From a virus (Duplodnaviria > Caudoviricetes), in the IMG/VR virus record IMGVR_UViG_3300021387_000125, positions 2,762 to 66,761 of that record: a stretch of DNA of 64,000 bases, one strand, 5' to 3'. The first letter of the stretch is position 1, and each line of letters starts with the position of its first letter. The notes under the pieces were generated by a model. It had not been told where the DNA came from and searched no databases. It was given only the letters and a program-made list of their open reading frames with translations. This document shows, piece after piece, positions 56,687 through 64,000 of the stretch. The translations under genes and the position numbers were made by a program.

Positions 56687-57519
56687 CTTTTATGCTTTCT
56701 TGATGTTCGTCCTCTAACAAATCCTTGTGGTTTGTATATATTTTCAAAATCATCTGTAGTAACTTGTTTGTTGATTTTTCCATTTGTTATCCAAATTCTA
56801 CCTAATATTGCTTGTCTTAATTTCTCTTTCGTTTCTGCTTTTAAACCCCCATAGTTAGGATTATTTTTACCCTGCCATCGTTGTCGTGCTTTTTCTCGTT
56901 TCTCTTTTGACATTTTAGAAGGTTTACCTTTATATAATTCACTTAAATGTTTTTTTGTTTCTTCGGACATTGGTATTCCTTTATTCCAAGCAGGACGTCT
57001 GTGTTTAGCTCTAACCTCTTCCGAATAAGTTTTACCTAAATTAGCTTGTCGTAATTTTTCTTTTGTGCTTTCGGAAAGTGTTACTCCTTTTCTTGGATTA
57101 TCATGTGTTTTAAAATATTCTTTTAACGACACACTGATTTTTTCTTTAGTTTCTTGTGTCATATTATATTCTCTGTTGGGTGTTTTACCAATTTTAGACT
57201 TACTAATTTTTTCTTTAGTTTCATTTGAATGCTGAACGCCTCTAACTTTATAACCACCAGACATTAAATTATATCCTATAGCTCTATCTGTAGCATTAAG
57301 TTTTGCTATCCAAAATTGTTCCCTAGCATTTAACTCTTGTTCATTTTGGCACTCTTCTAACATTTCACATTTAAAATTATCAGCTCCATATTTATTAAAG
57401 ACATTTAAAAATCTAACACCACTTCCATAATAATTCTCATCAAATTTGTCTGCTTTATGTTGTCCTATATAAATCTTACCATTGTACAAATTTGTTGTTT
57501 TATAAATATATCCGTACAT
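56683..57519 (-). CDS. GIY-YIG homing endonuclease with NUMOD3 repeats
   Basis: GYIYKTTN..NGKIYIGQH...YYGSG; REQFWI; GYN. Confidence 0.9.
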   Translation of the reverse strand: MYGYIYKTTNLYNGKIYIGQHKADKFDENYYGSGVRFLNVFNKYGADNFKCEMLEECQNEQELNAREQFWIAKLNATDRAIGYNLMSGGYKVRGVQHSNETKEKISKSKIGKTPNREYNMTQETKEKISVSLKEYFKTHDNPRKGVTLSESTKEKLRQANLGKTYSEEVRAKHRRPAWNKGIPMSEETKKHLSELYKGKPSKMSKEKREKARQRWQGKNNPNYGGLKAETKEKLRQAILGRIWITNGKINKQVTTDDFENIYKPQGFVRGRTSRKHKS

Positions 57520-57536
57520 AATATAATCTCCCTTTA

Positions 57537-59210
57537 TCAACTTAGTAGAAAATCTAAAAGAGCTTCTCTATTATTAGTTATTTTGCCATCAACAATAGCA
57601 TCGCTTAAAGCTCCTTTAGTATTTACGATTTCCCAAACTCTTTCGTCAATAGTGTTTTTAGCTATGATATTATAAATAGTAATATTTTTAGTTTGCCCTA
57701 TACGATGACAACGGTCTACACACTGGTCATATAAAGCTCTATTCCAAGGATGGTCTATAAAAATTATAACAGAACCAGCATATAAGTTCAAGCCAGTTCC
57801 CATAGCCCCAGATGTACCAATTATAACTTTACATCTATTATCTGTCTGAAACTTATCTACCATAAGCTGTCTAGTATCTGCATTAATCTCTCCGGTTATT
57901 ACAGCCGGGTTATATTTCTCAAGTCTCTTTGCTATAGGTGTAGTCATCTGAGTCCAATTACTGAACACTACTACTTTCTTACCACTATTTACAGCTTCTT
58001 CTACAAGCTCTTCCATTCTATCTAACTTTGCACTCTCTTTAATCGTTGTAGAAAGAATACCAGTATAGCCAGTAGCTTGTCTCATTCTAATAAGCTCTGC
58101 TAATGGATTAGGCGCACACTTAATCTTATCAATATTTTCTTTTATTTCTTCTGATACCTCACAATAGATTTTAGCTTGTTTTGAAGTAAGCTCTACATAT
58201 TCATCTACATAAGTCTTTTCTGGTAAATCTAATACATCATCCTTTAACCTTCTAAGCATTATATCATTAAGTCTTTCCTGCAATTCATCAAGGTGTCTAT
58301 ACTCTAATATCTGATAGTTGTTAAAACCACCCATAACACAATAACGATATCTAAACTTATAGAAAGAGTTTTGTTCCTCACCTAACCATTTAAGAATGAA
58401 ATATAAATCAAGTGGTGTGTTCATAAGCGGAGTACCTGTCATAGCTATTTGAGTATGAGCCTTTAACTTGAGCATACCTTTACCCTGCTGTGAGTTAGGG
58501 TCTTTAGCTTTATGACACTCATCAAAAGCTATCATTCCTATTGTTTCACTCTTACATAGTGTGATTAGCTCATCTACTATATCTTGATTTCTCATTGTTT
58601 CAATATTAGTAATAATGAAATAAGGTAACTCATCAATATTAAGTACATCATCTAGCTTTGCTTTTGCTCCATCTATAAAGATATTACCATTCTTTCTTCT
58701 TCTCTGACCTAAGATATGAGGTTTCTCATTTGAGTGTGTAAGTATCTCATTAAACCAATTCCACTTGAGACCGTTTACACCGCATACAATAAGACAATGC
58801 TCATAGCCATACATAAGCTTTTTTGCTACAGCTATATCTATAACTTGCTTGGTCTTACCTAATCCCATTTCGTCACCTAAAAGCCACTTGTCATTTTGTA
58901 ATCCAAAATTAAAGCCCCTAATCTGATGCTCGTATGGTGTTGTCTTAAAGCTAAAGTCTTTAGGTACTTCTGCTATAGGCTTTTCAAGTGATACATACTT
59001 ACCTGAAATATCAAAATCAAATTCTGAAAGATTATCTAATAAGTACTGTAATTTCTTTAATGGTACTTCCCACTCTTTAGTATCTTTATTCCAAAATCTT
59101 GTAGCTAAACTTCTGATAGTGTCAACTATCTTCTGATTATATTCAAACGATACATACATAGCATATTCTTCATTACATTTTGTGCTCTTATCAATTCTTA
59201 TAGTTATCAT
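57537..59210 (-). CDS. SNF2-family helicase
   Basis: GDEMGLGKT, DECH, MTGTP, GTGLNL, Q..DRCHRIGQ. Confidence 0.92.
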   Translation of the reverse strand: MITIRIDKSTKCNEEYAMYVSFEYNQKIVDTIRSLATRFWNKDTKEWEVPLKKLQYLLDNLSEFDFDISGKYVSLEKPIAEVPKDFSFKTTPYEHQIRGFNFGLQNDKWLLGDEMGLGKTKQVIDIAVAKKLMYGYEHCLIVCGVNGLKWNWFNEILTHSNEKPHILGQRRRKNGNIFIDGAKAKLDDVLNIDELPYFIITNIETMRNQDIVDELITLCKSETIGMIAFDECHKAKDPNSQQGKGMLKLKAHTQIAMTGTPLMNTPLDLYFILKWLGEEQNSFYKFRYRYCVMGGFNNYQILEYRHLDELQERLNDIMLRRLKDDVLDLPEKTYVDEYVELTSKQAKIYCEVSEEIKENIDKIKCAPNPLAELIRMRQATGYTGILSTTIKESAKLDRMEELVEEAVNSGKKVVVFSNWTQMTTPIAKRLEKYNPAVITGEINADTRQLMVDKFQTDNRCKVIIGTSGAMGTGLNLYAGSVIIFIDHPWNRALYDQCVDRCHRIGQTKNITIYNIIAKNTIDERVWEIVNTKGALSDAIVDGKITNNREALLDFLLS

Positions 59211-59253
59211 AGTTTTCTCCTTTTTTGAGTTTGTGTTTTTTCAATTCGTAAAC

Positions 59254-59282
59254 ATTATATCACGACATTATTTTATTGTCAA
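59254..59282 (-). promoter_or_regulatory. Sigma-A promoter with extended -10
   Basis: TTGACA-N17(...CGTGA)-TATAAT. Confidence 0.8.
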
Positions 59283-59297
59283 CAAAAAAAAGAAGTG

Positions 59298-59687
59298 CTA
59301 AATTGCACTTCTCATATTATTTATCATTTCTATTATTAAAGCTCTTTCTGCCTCTGTTTCTGTATTATGATATAAGTCTGAAATAAATTCTATCAGTTCT
59401 TGACATAAATTATCCATAGCACATATAAGTAATTGGTCTACTACTTCAAATTCTTGGTATCTCTTTTTAGTTTCTATATATTTTAAATATGCAGGTAATA
59501 TATCTGCTAATTCTGAATGTACATTATTATAAGATACGCTTTCTGATGTGTCTGAGAGCTTCATATTTCGATTTTTATTTTGCTCACGACAAATATATAA
59601 GCTCGCAAGTAAATTGCAATTCTCGAAGCTCGTAGGCTGTTCTTCCAATTCTCTAATAGTATCTTCTATCATTTCATAATCTAACAT
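59298..59687 (-). CDS. Helical hypothetical protein (cassette gene 7)
   Basis: 129 aa, GGAGG RBS. Confidence 0.7.
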   Translation of the reverse strand: MLDYEMIEDTIRELEEQPTSFENCNLLASLYICREQNKNRNMKLSDTSESVSYNNVHSELADILPAYLKYIETKKRYQEFEVVDQLLICAMDNLCQELIEFISDLYHNTETEAERALIIEMINNMRSAI

Positions 59688-59702
59688 ATTAGCCTCCTAT
59701 TA

Positions 59703-59733
59703 AAAGTAGGGGAAGCTGTTACACTTCCCCTTT
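59703..59733. terminator. Hairpin terminator
   Basis: AAGTAGGGGAAG-loop-CTTCCCCTTT. Confidence 0.55.
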
Positions 59734-59749
59734 ATATTGAGAGAGAAGA

Positions 59750-60376
59750 TTAGCGTTTAATCTTCATCATAGCTTGTTCTATAGCTTCTCTTACTTTAGG
59801 ACTTTCGGTAGTTTTAAGCATATCTTTTAATTGCTCTGCTACTTTCTGCTCTGCTGTATGTCTGCTATATCCACGTTCATAGCTGTCATAAGAGTCGTAG
59901 CTATCATATGAGCCTCTATTAGAGCCATCATAATAATTATTGTAAGAGTCATAACTATCATAGGAATCCCTACTTACATATCGTCCGTCAGCTCCACGTC
60001 CTCTTCTATAACTGTCGTTACTTTCGTAACTATCTCTGCTATAATCTCTGCTTCTGCCTCCATCACGTCCGTCAGTAGTTCCACGCTCATTAGACATACC
60101 ACGATTAGACATATTACCATAACTATCATTACTATTTCCCTCATATGCCCACATAGGCATCATTCTATTAGAATTTCCTCTAGCATTAGAGTATTCTTCC
60201 ATACTTTGCTCACTACCCTGCTGACCTTTCTTCATAAGGCTTTCTACCATAGTGATAGCTGATGATAATTTATAAACATCATCTAGTCCTTCTCTATCAA
60301 TATCGCCCTTACGAGTAATCTCATTAAGTTCGTGACAAAGTATTTCCTTTAAATCTTCATACATTCTCTTTGACAT
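59750..60376 (-). CDS. Protein with S/Y/D/R/G low-complexity core (cassette gene 6)
   Basis: Helical ends around SYDSYDSY and RG repeats. Confidence 0.75.
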   Translation of the reverse strand: MSKRMYEDLKEILCHELNEITRKGDIDREGLDDVYKLSSAITMVESLMKKGQQGSEQSMEEYSNARGNSNRMMPMWAYEGNSNDSYGNMSNRGMSNERGTTDGRDGGRSRDYSRDSYESNDSYRRGRGADGRYVSRDSYDSYDSYNNYYDGSNRGSYDSYDSYDSYERGYSRHTAEQKVAEQLKDMLKTTESPKVREAIEQAMMKIKR

Positions 60377-60390
60377 AACGATTTCCTCCT

Positions 60391-60870
60391 TTATGCGATA
60401 CGGTCAACAACTAGATTTGCGTTCTGTACATTGATAGGTGGGGCTGGTGTAGTTGTTGGCGTTGCACTTGTACTAGTGTTTTCAACACTTATGTTAAAAC
60501 AACAACCCCTTGGAACTGTAATTATTGCTGTGGAAGTCACATTGAAGTAGTTAGCATCTGATGGTGGGGCTTCACTAGCCGCCGCCGGAGTAACTACTGC
60601 TCTACTTGTAAGCACTGGTTCACCATCAATGGCTATAGCAATACTGATTGGACCTGCTGTTCCACCCTCAGGTACTGCTATATTTCCATTGAATGTTACT
60701 TGATACCTAGCAAAACAAGTAGTCGGATTATTGACTATTCCACGAAGAGTTACAATTCCACTTCCTTCTCTATGTAGTACATAACCTTTGTTACAACCAA
60801 TAGTAGTATTAAGTAATACTGGCTGATTTGGTTGTACTGTTTGAACTGGATTATAAGTAAACTCTGCCAT
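60391..60870 (-). CDS. Beta-sandwich protein, BclA-CTD/C1q-like (cassette gene 5)
   Basis: Alternating beta pattern YQVTFNGNI, ISIAIAIDGEP, ISVENTS, NANLVVDRIA; fold is inferred. Confidence 0.5.
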   Translation of the reverse strand: MAEFTYNPVQTVQPNQPVLLNTTIGCNKGYVLHREGSGIVTLRGIVNNPTTCFARYQVTFNGNIAVPEGGTAGPISIAIAIDGEPVLTSRAVVTPAAASEAPPSDANYFNVTSTAIITVPRGCCFNISVENTSTSATPTTTPAPPINVQNANLVVDRIA

Positions 60871-60885
60871 AGTCAATACCTCCTA

Positions 60886-61722
60886 TTAGAAACTTCCACA
60901 TCCACATCCGCAACCGTTGTTATTGTTGCAAGTGAATATAGGTGTTCTTCCATACACTGGAGTAGATGGTACTGGACAATTAGAAAGTCTGTTATAGAGC
61001 TGGTCTACCTCATCACTAAAGCCCTGCTGAATAAAGGCATTCTGAGCTGTCTGTGACTCTCTAAGTGTTGCCATATTAAGTTGTGAACGAAGGTTATCAT
61101 TCTCACGCTTAAATCCATCAAGTTCAAGCTGACAAAGTTTGTCAAGAACAGCCTGAGTGCTACGTGTCTGACTATCAATAATATCTCTAGTATTCTGCAT
61201 AGCCTGAGTTCTGTCTGCACAGTTTTCTGTTGCAACTGTGTATTTAAGGTCTGCAATACCAGCCCTATTCTCACAGCAACAATCCTGAAGCTGTGACTGA
61301 ATACCGAACATAGACTGCATATTAGCCATCTGTCTAGCATTAGCACCCTGCTCAACGCCTGCAAAACCATTAGCAAGAGACATCTGCATATCGCCACAAC
61401 AGTTACATAGCTGTGTACTTAACGAAGCAATGCCGTCTCTAATACTTGTGATGTTATCATTGAGCATAGCGTTCTGGAATCCATTGTTTGTGTTGTTGTT
61501 AATTCCAGACTGTCCATTAAGAAGCCAAGGAAAATCATAACCTAACATCATATTTCCATAACCTCCCATTCCACCACCGAATCCGTTGCCCCATCCGGCA
61601 AACAGAAGTAGTAGTATTATCCACCAGCCGTCTCCACCGAAGCCTGAGCCAAAACCACCCTGACCTCCATACATAGGAGCAACTGGCATTACAAGTTCGT
61701 TTGAACCATTAGATAATGACAT
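60886..61722 (-). CDS. Gly-rich/hydrophobic N-terminus + Cys-rich coiled-coil protein (cassette gene 4)
   Basis: GGDGWWIILLLLFAGWG, LCNCC, DCCC, terminal CGCGCG; 13 Cys. Confidence 0.75.
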   Translation of the reverse strand: MSLSNGSNELVMPVAPMYGGQGGFGSGFGGDGWWIILLLLFAGWGNGFGGGMGGYGNMMLGYDFPWLLNGQSGINNNTNNGFQNAMLNDNITSIRDGIASLSTQLCNCCGDMQMSLANGFAGVEQGANARQMANMQSMFGIQSQLQDCCCENRAGIADLKYTVATENCADRTQAMQNTRDIIDSQTRSTQAVLDKLCQLELDGFKRENDNLRSQLNMATLRESQTAQNAFIQQGFSDEVDQLYNRLSNCPVPSTPVYGRTPIFTCNNNNGCGCGCGSF

Positions 61723-61772
61723 AGTATTATCCTCCTTTTAAAAATATTATGTAAACTTGCAAGTATTACCGT

Positions 61773-61973
61773 TTATAATTTAATGCCCATTTTCTGAGCC
61801 ATCTGAATAGCTTGATTAAGTTTATCTTGACTAATACTTCCATTCTGTACTAAGTAATCAACTATCTGATGTGGGTCATTTTGTATCTGTTGTGGTATAT
61901 TAAATTTCTGAATAATCTGCTGAACTCTATTCATTAGATTGTTGCTTTGAGTTTCTTGATACAGTTGGTTCAT
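61773..61973 (-). CDS. Small Gln/Asn-rich protein (cassette gene 3)
   Basis: 66 aa. Confidence 0.65.
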   Translation of the reverse strand: MNQLYQETQSNNLMNRVQQIIQKFNIPQQIQNDPHQIVDYLVQNGSISQDKLNQAIQMAQKMGIKL

Positions 61974-62400
61974 TCTTAGTCTCCTTTCTACTCATTGTTT
62001 TTGGCTTTAAATTTTCTATCATACTTCTTAACTCATCTAATTCCCCACGAGTTACAAACTGTGAAGTATCTATATGTTGTTCTGTATGCTCTTCTTGTGT
62101 AGGCTGTGTCTGTACTATCTCTGTATAGTTAAACATTCTTAATGGAGCTGGTATTCCACTAATATCTGTAGACTTGATATAGAATACGTCACTCTCGCTA
62201 TCCATAAGAAGTACACTATTTCCTGGAGCTACTGGATATGCTTTCGCTCCGGCTTCACCTTGTACCCATATAATTCCGCTTGACCTATTATTTGTTATAG
62301 GTGTGTTAGATACTGTCTGTTGTACTTGTGGGTATTGCTGTTGATAATTTACCGGCATCTGATAATTTGGTGCAGGTAGTCCATAGTTATAAATTGCCAT
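61927..62400 (-). CDS. Q/P/Y-rich N-terminus + conserved domain (cassette gene 2)
   Basis: WVQGEAGAKAYPVAPG..VLLMDSE; start moved to MAIYN. Confidence 0.7.
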   Translation of the reverse strand: MAIYNYGLPAPNYQMPVNYQQQYPQVQQTVSNTPITNNRSSGIIWVQGEAGAKAYPVAPGNSVLLMDSESDVFYIKSTDISGIPAPLRMFNYTEIVQTQPTQEEHTEQHIDTSQFVTRGELDELRSMIENLKPKTMSRKETKNEPTVSRNSKQQSNE

Positions 62401-62401
62401 T

Positions 62402-62782
62402 TTAATTCTCCTCTCTCTTCCAATATGCGATTGGTACTTCTTGTCCACTATCCCAGCTATCGAAGTAGTCTCCATCTTCTACCGCAACTACGTGTGAACC
62501 AGTTGCTAGTAAATAAGTGCCTGATGGAAAATCTTTAGTAAAATCTTCTACTGTATAACAATCTGGACAAGTATTAGGTATTACATACTGAACAAAGCCC
62601 TTGCTTCTTAGATATGCACCCCATATATGATTTGCTGATGGCATATCTTTCATCATATAGCCTTGTATTGCTACACCTAAATATGTGGTGTCCCAATCTT
62701 GATTAGTTACTTTTGCGATTGCTCTAATAACACAATCTCCTACATAGTTACTTTGAGGGTTTGGGTTGTATGGTACATACAT
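62402..62782 (-). CDS. Papain/C39-like cysteine peptidase (cassette gene 1)
   Basis: GDCVIRAIA (Cys) ... GSHVVAV (His) ... DSWDS (Asp); start moved to MYVPY. Confidence 0.55.
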   Translation of the reverse strand: MYVPYNPNPQSNYVGDCVIRAIAKVTNQDWDTTYLGVAIQGYMMKDMPSANHIWGAYLRSKGFVQYVIPNTCPDCYTVEDFTKDFPSGTYLLATGSHVVAVEDGDYFDSWDSGQEVPIAYWKREEN

Positions 62783-62988
62783 CTTTCTTTTCTCCCTCCT
62801 TTTTCTGCGACAAAATAAAAAGAGCATATACTGACGAACATTTGTTCTGTGACATTATGTAAACTAATCGCTTACTTATATCCTGCATAGTATATGCTCC
62901 TTTCATCTGATATATTTAATTGTAATTAAAAACAGCTATCGCAACTTACACGATAACTGTTTAAAAATTGTACAATAATTGCATAATA

Positions 62989-63020
62989 AAAAGAGTGCCT
63001 ATCAAACGATAGACACTCTC
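62989..63020 (-). terminator. Rho-independent terminator after the HTH gene
   Basis: GAGAGTGTCTATCG TTT GATAGGCACTCT then TTTT. Confidence 0.65.
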
Positions 63021-63049
63021 GTATTGGGGTAACATATAGCGTAGAAGGG

Positions 63050-63250
63050 CTATACAACTCGGAGCATTTTTGACTTGACTTTACGTGCTAATTTACTCAC
63101 CTTACTTTCGCTTACGTGCATCTCTAAAGCTATCTGAACATTAGATAGACCTCTCGCACGTAGTTCAAAATATTCTTCTTCATCAGGCGTAAAATTACAT
63201 AGATGCCTAAACATATCCAACTCCGGCATTGTAAAGTCATATATCTGCAT
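63050..63250 (-). CDS. Stand-alone LuxR/GerE-type HTH protein
   Basis: T.DEE.YFELRARG.SN.QIA.EM.VSES.V. Confidence 0.75.
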   Translation of the reverse strand: MQIYDFTMPELDMFRHLCNFTPDEEEYFELRARGLSNVQIALEMHVSESKVSKLARKVKSKMLRVV

Positions 63251-63457
63251 CTATCTATCCTCATACTCAGGTACTCCTGCTAGAACACTCGTACATACAG
63301 ATATAATAAACATTCCAATAGATGCACCTGCAATTATCTTCCAGTTAAAATCTTGTACAAGTACATTTTCGCCTATACCATATAAAGCACCTTGAAAGAA
63401 ACTTCTTAATGCTCTTGCAAATACTTTCTTCCAGAATTCTTTATCTGTATACCACAT
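63251..63457 (-). CDS. Holin (r1t-like)
   Basis: F.K....RA.R.F.Q, two hydrophobic segments, TS.LAG.PE. Confidence 0.8.
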   Translation of the reverse strand: MWYTDKEFWKKVFARALRSFFQGALYGIGENVLVQDFNWKIIAGASIGMFIISVCTSVLAGVPEYEDR

Positions 63458-63458
63458 A

Positions 63459-63821
63459 TTAATCGCTCTCCCTACTTATAAGATAATTCTCCAAGTTTTC
63501 TTTTGCTTTCTTTAAGCTATCGACATCATTACCATTTAATGCGTGGGATAAAAGTGCTAACATAGATTGTTGCATTACTCTATTCCCCTTTTCTAATTCG
63601 ATTAGCCTTCTATTATCGTTATCAAACAACTGTTCATATCTTTCAACCTTTTTCTCCAACGCTTCTATCCTCTCGTTCTGCGTTTTCTCCGGTTTCTTTA
63701 AAACAGAATATGCTCTAACAATTACAGCTATAGCGGCGGATATGGTTGTGATAGTTACGCAAAAGGTTATAATCATCTGGTATAAACTAGCTGGCTCTAT
63801 TACTATCTTTTCAAGTATCAT
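63459..63821 (-). CDS. Lysis-region membrane/coiled-coil protein
   Basis: N-terminal TM segment + coiled coil; sits between endolysin and holin. Confidence 0.6.
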   Translation of the reverse strand: MILEKIVIEPASLYQMIITFCVTITTISAAIAVIVRAYSVLKKPEKTQNERIEALEKKVERYEQLFDNDNRRLIELEKGNRVMQQSMLALLSHALNGNDVDSLKKAKENLENYLISRESD

Positions 63822-63822
63822 T

Positions 63823-64000
63823 TTAATTTACCTTCATTAAATAATCCATACATACCCAACCGGAGCCATCTGATATATGTCCAAAATTATTTTCAATCTC
63901 ATCAATAAGTGTATGACCTGCAGTAGCAATACCAATCATATCAAATTCTTTTCCTGGTCCAACTCTAAGAGCAAGATTTGTAACTCTGATAATATAAGCT
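63823..64000 (-). CDS. C-terminal SH3b domain of a probable endolysin (truncated)
   Basis: Manual translation ..LALRVGPGKEFD.IG...GSGWVCMDYL*; upstream of the holin genes. Confidence 0.7.
   Translation of the reverse strand, partial: AYIIRVTNLALRVGPGKEFDMIGIATAGHTLIDEIENNFGHISDGSGWVCMDYLMKVN

Noticed and set aside
827-59210. Stop-codon reassignment
   Set aside because: Core genes are full length under the standard code and TAG/TGA act as normal stops

Overview
The window is almost entirely one tailed-phage genome (siphovirus-type, A118/SPP1-like head and tail genes). It is AT-rich and nearly all genes lie on the minus strand; a Clostridia/Firmicutes gut host is inferred. In transcription order (right to left) it contains: an endolysin C-terminus and holins; a stand-alone LuxR/GerE-type HTH gene plus a 7-gene Cys/Gly/Gln-rich cassette of unknown function; and a large autonomous replication/recombination block. 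That block has a SNF2 helicase, lambda-O-like initiator, DnaC, DnaB, intein-containing primase, SSB, family A polymerase, bacterial-type beta clamp, a complete DnaX/HolA/HolB clamp loader, RecA and RecU, with a glycosyltransferase pair inside the polA-dnaN operon. Next come tRNA-Gln and a tRNA-like mini-RNA, then terS. A 6.7 kb island of small genes with its own promoter class and three to four host-type parS sites separates terS from terL. Portal, capsid, tail, tape measure and a truncated carbohydrate-binding tail fibre follow. I recognised no integrase, repressor, ParA/ParB, reverse transcriptase or CRISPR array. The strongest leads are: (1) phage-borne parS sites without a ParB gene, together with a spore-coat-like cassette, suggesting exploitation of host sporulation; (2) a glycosyltransferase partner with a clamp-binding QxxLF motif; (3) a homing-endonuclease cassette that brought a replacement dnaX 5' end and left a stub behind; (4) three distinct promoter/operator motif families. 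All protein family calls come from recognising motifs by eye, not from database searches.
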